Source: Octopus vulgaris
Lineage: Eukaryota
Direction: 5' to 3'
Assembly (NCBI GenBank): GCA_951406725.2
Contig: OX597840.1
Span: forward strand, 3,968,001-4,032,000
Length of the DNA: 64,000 bases
Position 1 is the stretch's first letter; each line of letters starts with the position of its first letter. The notes below the pieces were generated by a model. It worked only from the letters and a program-made list of their open reading frames with translations. It did not search any database and was not told the origin of the DNA. Positions 1 through 15,050 of this stretch are shown piece by piece. The position numbers were made by a program, and so were the translations under genes.

Positions 1-332
1 ATCGCTATACACTCATATTGGTATGAACGCATAAACACATATTGCTATACACGCACGTTGCTCTAAAGACACATTCTTATACACTCACATCGTTATACAC
101 CCACGCTTTTGCTATACAACTACGTCGCTCTAAATACATATTACTATATACCCACATTGTTATACAATAATATTTCTATACACTCACATTGTTATACATC
201 CTCGTTGTTCTAAACACACATTGCAATAAACGTACATGGTTATACACACCCAGTATCATAAAATCCATATTGCTGTATACCAACATCACTATACACGCTC
301 TTTGCTATACATCTACACTGATATACACCCGC
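1..332. repeat. Degenerate 16-bp minisatellite, consensus ~ATTGCTATACACNCAC, ~20 units, running off the window start
   Basis: Successive 16-nt units: attgctatacacgcac, gttgctctaaagacac, attcttatacactcac, atcgttatacacccac ... actgatatacacccgc. Confidence 0.8.
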
Positions 333-486
333 TTCAGTATTTTTTTTTATACCAACGTCTCTACAAATAAATATCGCTTGTGTACAGAGAAAAGAAACAA
401 AACGAATATTATTATATTATAGCCTCGTGCTTTATAAACACATGAGTATTTATTATACGTACTTATGCACATAAAGTAGTAAGCTA

Positions 487-565
<79 letters not shown>

Positions 566-597
566 TGTGTGTCTGTGTGTGTGTGTCTGTGTGTATG

Positions 598-635
<38 letters not shown>

Positions 636-1004
636 ACACATTCATATATATATATATATATGTGCGTGTGTAAGAATTCAGAGGCATATGCATATATACA
701 TATACGTATATGCACATATAAACATGTGAGTATATATATATATATATATATACATATATATTGCACTAAAATGCGTGTGTGTGTGTGTGAGTGTGCCCGT
801 AAGTATGTTTATATACGGATGCACACACACACAAACAAAGACACACAGAGACACGCACAGACACACACACACACACACACACAGCACACTCACACACATA
901 TATATATATATATATATACTGCTATCTATATGTACATGAAATTGATACGAGTAAGGTTATATATTTTAGCATATTTATAATTGTGAAGCACAAAGACAAA
1001 AAGT

Positions 1005-1113
<109 letters not shown>

Positions 1114-1453
1114 CGTAGACATTCATCTAGCGGCAAAATATGGATATATTAAACAAGGGCAATGATTCTTCCTAATGTTGACGTTAATACAATATGGCCG
1201 CTATTAATAAAATAGACTGCATATTTTCAGAAAATCTTACTGCTACAAGGAAGTCTAAGGCATTTATTAATGAAAAAACATTGATTACACAGCGTGTTTT
1301 ACGAAAAGAATGTTCTGAGTCTCGTTATTACCTTAGGATAAATCACACGCACACACACACACATGTACAGGCATGACACATACAAACTGATACATACATA
1401 TATACATACATCTATAGATATATACATACGTATATATATATATAGAGATACAT

Positions 1454-1523
<70 letters not shown>

Positions 1524-1728
1524 ACATACATATATACATACATATATATATATATACATATATATAAATATATACGTATATATATGTTTACATGTGGGTT
1601 GTAGATATACATTATATTGAAATTATACATATATTTTACGTATATACATATGCGTGAGTTATAGATATACTTTAAATTGAAATTATATAGATATATATAT
1701 TACGTGTATATATGCACATATATATATA

Positions 1729-1800
<72 letters not shown>

Positions 1801-1956
1801 TATTTATGTAAGTATATTAAAACAATTCATATATACACCTCTGTGTGTTTGTGTGTTCAATTAAATATTATAAAAGTATATTTTATATACATATATACAT
1901 CACCTATGTATATTTGTATATAAATATAACCATATACAGCATATATATATATATGG

Positions 1957-1996
<40 letters not shown>

Positions 1997-1999
1997 GTA

Positions 2000-2046
<47 letters not shown>

Positions 2047-3389
2047 GCGCTAGTGCCAAGTTAGCCAGCAGAAGAATATTATCAAAGTCTAGAGAAATAT
2101 TGAAATATTTAAAAATAAACATTACCTTTTAGGTGTAGAAAAAAATAAAACAAATGCATATCCTGAAATAAGTAAACAGAATCCAGTTACCAGCTTAGAA
2201 ATCACCAGCGTTCGAGATCAAAGACCATATTCTTGCAACTGACATTTTTGGAACAATAATTTCACCTATATTTCTTGTACTGCAGTAGCTTTACCGTATC
2301 ACGCCTATCATGCCCATTGCTGTCTCCCTATCACTAGCATTATCGCTAACACTCAACACCAATGCCTTACATTTCTTTGATATAGAGATATACATACATA
2401 TATGCATGTATGTAGTGATGCAGAATAATAAACCATTCTATTTTGTTACTGTCAGTTGCACCAGCTGGATATCGAATTTTATTGGTAACAATTATTAGTA
2501 TTCGCAAATTCAAAGATCTTTAGACAAAAATTACCATTTGTATCTATGTTCAAAGATAGCGTAGGAATGTAGATACACGTGGTATTTTCATCCGGTGAAT
2601 CCTCAGTTTGCAAATATCAATAAATGCTAATGAAATCCGCAATTCGTTGGTGAAACTAACTGTAATGCTGTGTTATGAGCAGTTATGATACATATATATG
2701 TACTCTACGCATATATTAAGTTCTGTCTTTATTATTCTCTGCCTTTACCAGTTGATAAGAATCACAGTACATTATATATATACACATATATATATGTATA
2801 TATATATGTATGTATATATATGTGTGTATATATATATACATATATATATATGCATATATATACATATATATCGTACATTTTTACAATATTTTCTTTTTTC
2901 TGTGATTTTTTGAAAATTCAAAAATTTTTGTTTTATTTTTCTGTTTTCAACAAATGCTAAAGACGTATAAAAATACATTAAAAAAAACGAAAAGTATTTT
3001 TATATTTAAATTTTGATAAAATTAAATCACTTTTTAAAAATAATCATGAAAATGGAAAAAAAAAACACGAATTTTTTTAATTAAAACAATATTTACTGTA
3101 ATATTGTATTTAAATCATAAAATGAATTAAGTCATTATTTTTTTTCTTCAAATAATGGTATAAAAATGAGAAAAGAAAATTCCGAAGAATTTTTAAGAAT
3201 CCACATTTCTGTGTTTTAACTAAAAGTCAAGGTAGGAAGGTAACATCAAGGCAAGACCTCAGTTGACATAAAGTTCTCCATTTTATACATAATTTATTAC
3301 TAGATTTCATTTGGTTCTTTGATTTATTTTTCTCTAGTTTTTTTTTTCTAATTTATTTCTAACGAGTTTATTTTACTTTTCCCATATAT

Positions 3390-3473
<84 letters not shown>

Positions 3474-3506
3474 ATATGTATATGTATATATACGTATATA
3501 TATATA

Positions 3507-3538
<32 letters not shown>

Positions 3539-3873
3539 CATATATATATACTGTTGTTTTTCGCCAGTCTTTACTGGTTTTGTCTTGTCTATTTCGTTCA
3601 ATTATTGCTTTCATTCTTTCATTCTAAATTTTTATTGTATTGTTTGTTTGTTATTTGTAGTATTTCTGCCTTTATGTTGTTTTGTTTTGTTTTTTGTTTT
3701 TTTTTTCTTTCGTATATATTGCTTTTTGGTGCGTATTTCTCGAATTCTTTAATTTTTTTTTTTCTTCGCGATGAAGGGGATCTTTCTTAATAACAGCCCC
3801 AACTGAAAAGGCATCAAGTGCATATCCAATATATTAACTTTCAAACAAAAAAAATAGCAATACTAATAATAAC

Positions 3874-3918
<45 letters not shown>

Positions 3919-4312
3919 GAACATTCTAGTGTAAGAAATACAAAATGGCGGAACAAAAAAAGCAAAGACTTAACCAAAGACACTTGATTTTGGCCAACAA
4001 CTTCGAAATCGTATTTTTAAGCGATTTTATTGACATCTTCAAGTTAGCTATATTTCTAGTATTTTTTCTTTATTCTGAACTCTTTGCGGGTATTTATTTA
4101 TTTATCTTATTTGTTGGTTTGTTGAGTCTTTTATTTTATTTTATTTTTTAATGATATTATCTAGGATTATTGAGTACGTAAAAATGTTAAAACTTAAAAC
4201 GACAATCTCAGCTCTAAAACCACGTTGTTTTGTCGTGTGACTTGAGTAAGCTAACGAGAGAATGCTGGCATAATGCTTTATATGTGTGCAATTTTCTACA
4301 TACATGTCTGTG

Positions 4313-4391
<79 letters not shown>

Positions 4392-4393
<2 letters not shown>

Positions 4394-4597
4394 AATGGCC
4401 CAGTCGTTAGGGTAGCGGACTCACGGTCGGAGAATCGCGGTTTCGATTCCAAGACCGGGCGTTGTGTTTGATTATTGAGCGAAATCACCTAAAGCTCCAC
4501 AAGGCTCCGACAGGGGGTAGAGGCGACCCCTGTTGTACTCTTCTAACGGCGGTGCATCAGCATGGCCGCAGCTCTGAGCTGAAACTGGAAAAAAAAA
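4392..4597 (+). mobile_element. tRNA-derived SINE (family S3 head) joined to a CR1-like LINE 3' tail and A-run
   Basis: A-box-like TGGCCCAGTCGTTAGG and B-box-like GGTTTCGATTCC. From 4545, AACGGCGGTGCATCAGCATGGCCGCAGCTCTGAGCTGAAACT is near-identical to the LINE 3' end at 59360-59400(-). Confidence 0.8.
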
Positions 4598-4670
4598 TTG
4601 CGTATGTTCGAATATAGATACATACACATATGTGTGTATGTATGCATCTTGTACACGTGTGCGTGTGCTT

Positions 4671-5241
<571 letters not shown>

Positions 5242-5621
5242 TATAGGTATATGTTCCGTGGTCCTGTTGAAACACGTTTTATTCCCAACCACATGGTTCC
5301 GGGTTTTGTTCCACCTTAGACAAGTGTCTTCTACTTCAACCTTGAGTAGCCCAAACCTTTATGAGTGGAAGAAGCCAGTCGTACATATACATGTATGTGT
5401 ATGTACGTAAGTATGTATGTATATCTATGCTTGTGTCTCTGCGCTTGTGTTTGTTTCCCACCACCGTTGACAACTGGTGTTGGCGTGATCACCTCCCCAA
5501 AGTCCGAAAAAATAAGTACCAGGCTTTAAAAAATAGATACTTGGGTTGATTTGTTCGAGTTATGCTCTTCAGAGTCCGCAGCAACAAAGTCCACCTGTCA
5601 CACTTCTCGGTCCATCATCAC

Positions 5622-5948
5622 TGGTAGACGGAAACTGAAAGAAGCCCGTCGTATGTTTGTGTGTGTGAGTGTGAGTATATATGTGTGTTTGTGAGTATGT
5701 GAGTGTGTCTGTGTGTGTGTGTGTGCGTGTGTCTTTGTGTCTGTGTTTGTCCCCACCTCCATTTGACAACTTGTGTTGGTGTGTTTGCGTCCTTTTGACT
5801 TAGCAATTCGGCAAAGATCCGTAGAATAAGTACCAGACTTTAAAAAAATAATAAGTTTTGGGGTCTATTCATTCGACTAAAAATTCTTCAAGGCGGTGCC
5901 CCAGCATGGCCACAGTCTAACGACTGAAACTAGTAAAAGATAAAAGAT
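5622..5948 (+). mobile_element. SINE S1, 5'-truncated (a more decayed copy lies at ~5265-5560)
   Basis: TGGTAGACGGAAACTGAAAGAAGCCCGTCG ... GGCGGTGCCCCAGCATGGCCACAGTC..CTGAAAC..GTAAAAGATAAAAG. Confidence 0.85.
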
Positions 5949-6492
5949 TTTTTATAAAGTGACATTTGCGGGATGGTCACGCAATTTCTTTAAATTTCTT
6001 TAACACTTTTAAGAATATAAAGTTAGAAAGAAGCGATAATGAAATATGAATGAAGTCAGTTAAAATGGCGGCCACACGTCAAAACAAAACAGAGCTAACG
6101 ATCTTGCAAGCCAATTCAGAATCAACGTTGATAGATTTACAACCGTTAATAATGGTGAAGGTAGAAAAAAAACAATATAAGATGAATTCAGAACGTGAGA
6201 TATTTTATGAATGGAAATACGAAGAAAAATACATAAACACACACTAGCATATACACACTAGCTTAAAGACTCTAGTGTAAACAAATAGACAGGCTAAAAT
6301 GTATACACTTGCATAAACATCGTATATTGCCGACACAGCAATGTGTGTGGAGATGTAAGTTTATTGTCTGCGGTGTAGAAAGATGGCTGACTTGTAAAAT
6401 TTATACGACTTAAATTTTCTGTAATTACAGTTCTCAACTTCATGTGTGAATGTTTGTGTGGCGTGTGTGTGTTTCTGAGTGTGTGTGTCTCT

Positions 6493-6531
<39 letters not shown>

Positions 6532-6747
6532 TGCACATGTGCGCCTGTATGTGTGTCTGTGTATGTCTACTTGTATATGTCTGTGTGTCTGAACGTGAGT
6601 ATACGTACGTGGGCGTATGTATGTGTAATAATATAGATGTATATTTGGTATATATATGTGTGTGTCTGTGTGTATATATATAGATAGATAGATAGATACA
6701 TACATACATACATACATACATACATACATACATACATACGTACGTAC

Positions 6748-6811
<64 letters not shown>

Positions 6812-6831
6812 GTATGTGTGCGTATATATAT

Positions 6832-7040
6832 AGTGGGAGAATTCACAAAAAAACAAAAGACGAAGACAGGTGGTCTAGACAATAACGCTCGGGAAGTGAA
6901 TAAGTCTTTAACGTTTCGAGCCTACGCTCTTCTACAGAAAGGAACACAGAAAGAAACAAGGAGAGAAAATAAAGAATGTGTAGTAGCTAGCGATCAGTCA
7001 TGGCGAATGCCGGACAGAAGGGTCACACAGGAGACTAGGG
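6832..7040 (-). mobile_element. Short hammerhead-bearing element, family H-A (putative non-autonomous Penelope-like fragment)
   Basis: Reverse complement matches 35179-35376 and 45445-45670; abuts (TA)n; HHR-like core at 6906-6941. Confidence 0.7.
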
Positions 7041-7084
7041 ACATACATGTGTATGGATACAGGAATGTAAATGTTTGCATGCGT

Positions 7085-7498
7085 AGGCGCAGGAGTAACT
7101 ATATATATGTTTGTGTCTGTGTTTGTCGCCCCAACATCGCGTGACAACCGATGTTGGTTTTTTTACGTCCCTTTAGCCTAGTGGTTCCTCCAAAGAGCTC
7201 GATAGAATAAGTACTACGCTTACAAAGAATACGTCCTGGCGGCGATTTGTTCCACTAAAGGCGATGATCCAGCATGGCTGCAGTCGGATAATTGAAACAA
7301 GTAAATGAATAAAAGGATGACTGTGTGGTAAGTAGCTTGCTTACCAACCACATGGTTCTGGGTTCAGTCCCACTACGCGGCACCTTGGGCAAGTGCCTTC
7401 TACTATAACCTCGGGTCGACCAAAGCCTTGTGAGTGGATTTGGTAGATGGAAACTGAAAGAAGCCCGTCGTTTATATGTATATACATATATATATATG

Positions 7499-7542
<44 letters not shown>

Positions 7543-7890
7543 TGTGTGTGTGTGTGTGTGTTTGTATACGTGTGTCTGTGTACGTAAAAGATATGCCGCC
7601 GGTATGGCCGTGTGCTTAAGAAGCTGGCTTTGCCATTTATTCAACTATAACACCGGGCAGACCAATGTCTTCTAAGTAAGTTTAGTCATGTGGCAGATGC
7701 CTTTGTGTTTGTCCTCAATACTGCTTCACAACCGGTTTTAGTTGGTTTACGTCCTCGTAATGTAGCGGGTCGGCAAAGATGTTCGGTAGAATACGTACAA
7801 GACTTAAAATTTAAGTAGCAGGATAGATTTGCTCGATTAAGTCGGTGACACAGAATGACCACAGTCCAAAGGCTGAAACAAGTAGAATGC
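7085..7890 (+). mobile_element. Tandem SINE S1 pieces: internally deleted copy 7085-7312, head/body 7313-7490, decayed 3' half ~7700-7890
   Basis: Diagnostic S1 blocks GTGTGGTAAGTAGCTTGCTTACCAACCACATGGTT, CACCTTGGGCAAGTG and GATAGAATAAGTACT. Confidence 0.8.
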
Positions 7891-8569
7891 TGAAGACGAA
7901 GATAGCGACCAAAACACCCTCAAATGGCAATATGCTAAGCCCTAGCAATAAATGGATAATTTTAGATATTGTAGTCATAAATATACTGAAACTCGGCATT
8001 ATGGTCGACCGCAAGTGTAACACATTCGATCCTATGAAACATTTAATCATGGTTGACCTGCAACTAAAGAACTAAGACCTGCCTCATTTTAGGAAATTTG
8101 TTAACTAGACGAGTTATCATAATTTGGTGACCTGTATAAAATAGTACCTTTTCTTTTTGCATATCATCTAAGCAACAATAGGTTAGTGAATCTAGCATTG
8201 TTGCTTCTGAGATGAGGAGGAGAAAAACTTCAAAGACAATGCAGAACAATGCTAATACAAATTGCAGAGAATTTGTAAAAGAAATGGCGACGAGAATGCA
8301 AAAGCTGTGAGTCCAGAGGCAAGGTATTATTATGTGTTTTAGTAAGACGAAGGTTTCTCTGGAGCTGAGAACTACAGACGTTATGTTCATGTATGTATAT
8401 GAGTATGAATATGCGCGCGTGTGTGTATGTGTATGCATGTATATATATATATATATATGCATGTGCTATATAAGTATGTAAACACATGTACAGAGATAGT
8501 AAGATAGATAGATAGAAGACAGACAGACATGTAGGTCGGTAGACAATCAGACAGACAGATAGATAGATG

Positions 8570-8600
<31 letters not shown>

Positions 8601-8744
8601 ACAAACAGACAGATAGGCAGATAGATAGGTAGACAGATAGGTAGACAGACACATACATACATACATACATACATACATACATACATACATACATAGGCAG
8701 ATAGACAAACTAACGCAGACAGACAGACTGACAGATAGATTTTT

Positions 8745-8830
<86 letters not shown>

Positions 8831-9049
8831 TAGACAGACAGACATATATTTATCAAAGCGGAAATTCAAATCGTGAGAAAATCTCTATTTCAGTTTGAAT
8901 TTTTAAAGAAGCCGTTTTCTCTACACCATATATTGAGCATTCTCATTCGTCCTACAAAATACTACGTACCTGTGTATATATATTTGCATATGTATAGACA
9001 GACAGACAGGCAGACAGACAAGCAGGCAGACAGGCAGATAGATAGATAT

Positions 9050-9215
9050 ACCCATGACAGGTTTCCACACAGTTTCCATCTATCACATCCACTCATAAGA
9101 CATAAGTCGGCCCAGAGCTATAGCAGAAGACATTTACTCAAAGTTCCGCACGGCGGGACCGAAACCGCAACCCTGTGCTTACACAGCGGACTTCTTACTC
9201 AACCACATACCCCAT
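9050..9215 (-). mobile_element. Decayed SINE S1-like 5' half
   Basis: CAGTTTCCATCTA..CCACTCATAAG..GTCGGCCCAGAGCTATAGCAGAAGACATTT is the reverse complement of the S1 body. Confidence 0.65.
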
Positions 9216-9997
9216 GCATGTTTCCACACACGTGTGTACGCATGTATGTATTAAGAGAGTGAGAATAACTGTCATTAGCATCAATTGTTTTGCAATAACA
9301 TCCAGAGTTATCAATGGTTCTTGTTAACAATCTAAGATACGACGCAGGATTTTATTTATTTTTTTTTATTTTAGTATTCTTTGAGTCTAGGTGGGGCGGA
9401 AGAACATGCAAAGCCAGGCAAATTGTTAATGAGAACTTGTCAAATCAATCTTGATTTTGGCTTTTATTTTAGCATTTTTATTTTATTTAATTTTCGAAAA
9501 AAAAATTTTTTTTTTTATTCGTCAAGAAGAAATAGTAAATAGAATATGTATTAAAATAAATATAAATATAACGAACATTACAGTAAATAATGAAAATGTC
9601 AAAAATTAGTTCTTCAAACATAATAACCTGTTAATTGGTTTAGCAGGAAAAAAATTAAATTGGAAAATATTTCCTAAATTACAAAAGCATCTTACATCTT
9701 TGTGCATCTGTGTCTACATGTGAATATTCTATGTGTGCGCGAGTTTGTTTGTACGTGTGTGTGTGAGTGTCTGTGTGTAAGTGTGTGTGTGTGCGTGTCT
9801 GTGTGTGAGTCTGTGAGTATATATGTCTATCTGTACATAAATATACATATATATTGGAATATATGTATCTGTATATATATCTATATATACATATATATAC
9901 ATACACACACACACATATATATATATATATTCATATACATATACTTATATGTGTGTGTGCGTATATATATGTGTGTGTATATATATATATATAAATG

Positions 9998-10102
<105 letters not shown>

Positions 10103-10438
10103 GTGGATAGATAGACAGATAGATATAGATATAGATTTATATGTGTGTGTGTGTGTCTGTGTGCCTATACGTGTATATATATGCCTGTGTATGTGTCTGT
10201 GTAAATGCATATGCGTACGTGTTTTTATAATGTATGTATGTTCATATGTGTGTGTATGTGATCGTGTAGGGGTAGGGGTTACGTATTTGTGTGCATTTGT
10301 TTTCGTACAGGGATCGAGTGTAACAACCTCCTAAGGTTGTTATGCATATGTGTGCATCTATGTGTACAAATACACGTCTACGATATATGCTGGCAACGAA
10401 TGCATTTGTTTATATACGTGTATTTATAGCTAACACAC

Positions 10439-10470
<32 letters not shown>

Positions 10471-10573
10471 ATTAATATATATATATATATATATATATAT
10501 GTACGTATATATATATATATATGTACGTATGTATATATATATATATATGTACGTATACATATATGTGTGTGTA

Positions 10574-10616
<43 letters not shown>

Positions 10617-10667
10617 AATACATATCATGCACACATATATATAGCATTATTATTTCAGTATGATTAC

Positions 10668-10703
<36 letters not shown>

Positions 10704-11224
10704 TATTATTATTATTATTATACCGGTGTAGATGATACTGCTGTAGTTCTATGTGTTTATGTATATATGCATATATGTGAGTGTGTGTGTGATTGTGTAG
10801 GCATTTGTGTGTTTGTGTATATGTGCTTATATGTATGTAAGTATGTATGTGTGCATGTATGTATGTACGTGCGTGCCGTTCGTAGGCATGATAAAACAGA
10901 CGCAAAAATCAAAAGACTAATTCAATTTGATATAAAATGAAACATCTGAAAATAAATTTGAATTAATTTCTAATTAAAAATCAGAAGAAATAATTTCGCT
11001 TGAGTGAATCACAGAGCGCGAACTGGAGTCGACAGAGAGAGAAAGACAGAGAGGAGAACCTAGAGAGAGAGAGAGAGAGGAAGACAGAGAGAGAAAGAGA
11101 GAGCGCGGAAGAGAGAGCGCGGAAGAGAGAGAGGGAGAGGGAGAGAGGGAGAGAGAGAGCGGAAGAGAGAGGGAGAGAGAGAGTGGAAGAGAGAGACCGT
11201 AGCTGCGGAAGTTGTAGTTATGTA

Positions 11225-11465
11225 GTTGCTATTTTTTTAACTCCAGGACGGTTCTGACTGAGCAAGCCTAAGATCAAACGCGTTCCAGCCGTGCCTATCT
11301 AGTGCTTAGTCATCTCACACATTCTACATCTACAACTACGTTATCTAATATTTCACTTCCCTGTTTATTTTTTGGCGGGTGGGGTTCAATGATAGCAGTG
11401 AGTGATTTGAGGCAGATGAGGTTGCTATTTCTAGTAGTTAGAGCAGCCATCACTAGGAGACACTT
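11225..11465 (-). mobile_element. Old SINE-like interspersed repeat (family S5). Related copies at ~46050-46245 (same orientation) and ~28480-28625 (opposite); strand tentative
   Basis: Shared blocks TGAGCA(A/G)..GATCAAA/ATGAAAA..(C/G)TTCCAGC(C/T)GTGCC.ATC and TGCTATTTCTAG in both same-orientation copies. Confidence 0.5.
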
Positions 11466-11563
11466 TGTCTTTTAAACATATATGTGAGTCGGAATGGAAA
11501 AAGGAGTACTTAAGGTGTTGCTAGTGCGAACTGGATTTAACAGTAAAGTGTTTGTTGTTACAC

Positions 11564-11642
<79 letters not shown>

Positions 11643-11771
11643 GTGTGTGTGTGTGTAGGTAGGTAGGTAGGTAGGTATATATGTGGGTATGTATGTATGT
11701 ATGAATATATATATACATATATACATATAGAGAGAGTTATATGATATATATATGTCAATATATAAATATAT

Positions 11772-11980
11772 ATACAAAGTTAATCCAAAAGAGAAAGCAC
11801 AAAAAAACACAACACGAGGACGTGCAACAAATATAGTATTATTGGACGCTCAGGAAAGAAGGAAAGAAGGAGGGTTTAACCTTTCGGGCGGAGCTCTTCG
11901 TCGGAAACATAGGAGAAGGAAAGATCCAGAGAAGGGAAGACAGAGGAACAAAAATCCCCAACGGTACACACGAGGTCACA
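11772..11980 (-). mobile_element. Short hammerhead-bearing element, family H-B (related to H-A)
   Basis: Lies between (TA) tracts. Minus strand reads GTTT-CCGACGA-A-GAGC-TCC-GCCC-GAAA-GGT-T-AAAC at 11874-11908; downstream TTCCTGAGCG is shared with the H-A tail. Confidence 0.6.
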
Positions 11981-12010
11981 TTTATATATACTATATATGA
12001 ATGTAGTATA

Positions 12011-12055
<45 letters not shown>

Positions 12056-12121
12056 TATATCATAATAAAGTATATGCATATATGCATATATATATATATA
12101 TATATACATGAATATAGTATA

Positions 12122-12168
<47 letters not shown>

Positions 12169-12580
12169 GATATATGTATGTATAACGTATGATGCCTGAT
12201 AGATATCGAAAATACCAGAAAATATTTCATGCTAGTACAGAGATATAGAGTAGTTTATTTTCATTTACAAAGCAGCTCGAAGTAACATCGGTTTTGCGGT
12301 CTCAGTTTTTCGTCCGTTTATCTACGCAATGAACTTTTTTTTAATGAGAAATATTATGAAAACCACCAGAAAAATAGATCCGAGATATTCGTGAAATGCA
12401 CTCACTTTGAAAAGCCCCTATTATGCTAACTAGGAAACACAGCCTCCATCTAAGTACATCTATGTATATATACACAGACTACTTGGTAGTGTTTCACCTC
12501 AGACTTTTTCTGCTCTTTATTTACTTTTCCTTTCTTCATCCATCATTGCCTTGTGTCACCCCTATTCTTCCTTTCTTATT

Positions 12581-12965
12581 GGGAAGCACTCCGTCGGTTA
12601 CGACGATGAGGGTTCCGGTTGATCCGAATCAACGGAACAGCCTGCTCGTGAAATTAACGTGTAAGTGGCTGAGCACTCCACAGACACGTGTACCCTTAAC
12701 GTAGTTCTCGGGGATATTCAGCGTGACACAGAGAGTGACAAGGCCGGCCCTTTGAAATACAGGTACAACAGAAACAGGAAGTGAGAGTGTGAGAAAGTTG
12801 TGGTGAAAGAGTACAGCAGGGATCACCACCATCCCCTGCCGGGGCCTCGTGGAACTTTTAGGTGTTTTCGCTCAATAAACACTCACAACGCCCGGTCTGG
12901 GAATCGAAACCGCGATCCTATGACCGCGAGTCCGCTGCCCTAACCACTGGGCCATTACGCCTCGA
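12581..12965 (-). mobile_element. Full-length tRNA-derived SINE S3 with 14-bp target-site duplication
   Basis: Minus-strand head TGGCCCAGTGGTTAGGGCAGCGGACTCGCGG..GGTTTCGATTCCC. CTTCCTTTCTTATT occurs at 12567-12580 and 12966-12979. Confidence 0.92.
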
Positions 12966-13267
12966 CTTCCTTTCTTATTAATAGTCGTTTGTCTTCCTTT
13001 GACACATATAAATTTTTATGGTTTTACCATCAACTTCCATACAATTTGCAGCGCCTTAAATATCTTAAGTAAATAACAATAACACACAGATCCTGAAAAC
13101 GAGTTATTCACCGTGACTGAAGATTGAAAAATATTGTACTTCTCGTTATTTTAGTCAATAAAAAATTATAATAACAGTAACGTGATAATGTTGATTTACT
13201 CGACAAATTCCGCATCACGCCGCAATTTTCTGGCCTTGTGCCTATTTTGTGTTGGCTCATGTTCGGT

Positions 13268-13600
13268 CTTATTCCTGGCAGGATTTATGTGGTTAGCGCG
13301 TTACTACTTGTAGCCTTAGGTGTCCACTAGTTTTCAGCAGTCTTTCAAGTACTTAGAACCCTCCTGATGAGCTTTGCTGTCCCTAAGAGACAAACTTCCT
13401 GGAGGAGCTCTACCAGGCATTCTATTTCAATGTCCTTCAGTCCTCCAGTCATTTATCTGAATCATTGCTTACCATTTCCAACGCACCAATTATTATAGGC
13501 ACAATCATTACTATTCGCATGCTCCAGATTATTCCTATTTCAAATTTTAAGGGATTGCATTTTCTTTCTGTTTCTTCCACTTGCTTTACGATCGTGGAAA
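13268..13600 (-). pseudogene. 3' end of an R4/Dong-like (RLE-type) non-LTR retrotransposon ORF, decayed
   Basis: Manual translation LKFEIGIIWSMRIVMIVPIIIGALEMV..*..ELLQEVCLLGTAKLIRRVLST* matches the VPIIIGALG..LQK..LLGTA.I.R.VL C-terminus of R4-clade proteins; internal stop and frameshift. Confidence 0.75.
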
Positions 13601-13609
13601 CGCTTCTGA

Positions 13610-13610
13610 A

Positions 13611-13669
<59 letters not shown>

Positions 13670-13689
13670 CATTATAATTATAATTTTTA

Positions 13690-13785
<96 letters not shown>
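13610..13785. repeat. (TTA/TAA)n microsatellite. Others at ~3870-3917, 10665-10721, 15222-15305, 26811-26886, 31345-31500 and 57867-57966
   Basis: Direct reading. Confidence 0.97.
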
Positions 13786-13786
<1 letters not shown>

Positions 13787-14305
13787 GTGAGAGCAGTGCA
13801 TGCCATCAAAGTGATACTGGGGTAAAATATACGAAACCCAATATACCCATCATGACTATCCGTCTGATAAGGGTACACCAGGCACATGCATCACAACCAT
13901 ATGTGCGTGACATGGTGATTTCATATCAAGATAAACAGCGCATGATCTTGTAAGTGGGCCAGTTAGAATTTTCTTCAGGTCGAGTAGCCCATCCTACTCA
14001 AAAGGTTCCTGAATAAGGGTTGTTTAAGGATGTTGAATGAAACACCCATGTTCTCAAAGGTGAATTATCCAAACCCCAAAGAATCCCTCTCAACGCATGG
14101 CTATGATGCTCCCTCACTACTTCTGCTCGTGATCAGAGATGCACATACCGTCAGTCACCAAGGGACATGCTCAACTGGTTAAGGTCAAACAACTGACAAG
14201 CAAATCTGTGGTATTGAGCAGAATATTTACTGTAGCCCATCTTTTATACCAAGACAAAACAATGTACATGATAACACTTCCAATCAGTTAAGATCAGAAG
14301 CCAGC
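13786..14305 (-). mobile_element. Probable retroposon 3' region ending in a (TAA)n tail, family not assigned
   Basis: Complex, GC-richer 520-bp block whose minus strand ends GCACTGCTCTCACT-TAATAATAA...; no ORF similarity recognised. Confidence 0.45.
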
Positions 14306-14502
14306 GTGATACACAGAATGTAATAAGACTGAGCCTTGGAAATACAAGTACAACTCATTTCTGCCAGCTGAGTGAGCGAACTGAAGCAAGACACGTGAAA
14401 TAAAGTGTCTTGCTTAAGGACACAATGTAGTGCCTGGAATCGAGGTATACATTATTTATATGAGATATATATGCATATATATACATATATATAATGCATA
14501 TG

Positions 14503-14673
<171 letters not shown>

Positions 14674-14694
14674 GATAGATGCATATATATATAA

Positions 14695-14953
14695 AATTAT
14701 AATTTAGGGCATCTAAGAGATACCACCACGCTGGAAATAGCAGTCAAAACTTGACTCTAAATCCACATTAAATGTTCATACAGCACATTTAATGTGTCTT
14801 TAGAGTCAAGTTTTGACTGTTATTTGCAGCCTGCTGGTATCTCTTAGATACCCTAAATTATAATTATCAATAGTTATTACCTTTGAAAGGATTTTATTCT
14901 CATGCTGGCCACCTGATAAAATCGTTATTTAAATATTGATCTTATCCTTATTT
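14695..14953 (+). mobile_element. Fold-back element: ~80-bp inverted repeat plus unique tail, between (TA) tracts
   Basis: 14695-14775 is the reverse complement of 14785-14865. Right arm and tail (ATTACCTTTG..CATGCTGGCCAC.TGATAA) recur at ~40540-40712. Confidence 0.75.
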
Positions 14954-14997
14954 ATATATATATATATAATGGATGTGTATGTGTATATATATGCATC

Positions 14998-15048
<51 letters not shown>

Positions 15049-15050
<2 letters not shown>

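Noticed and set aside
11000-11257. Arg/Glu-rich ORF
   Set aside because: It is the translation of a degenerate (GA)n tract.
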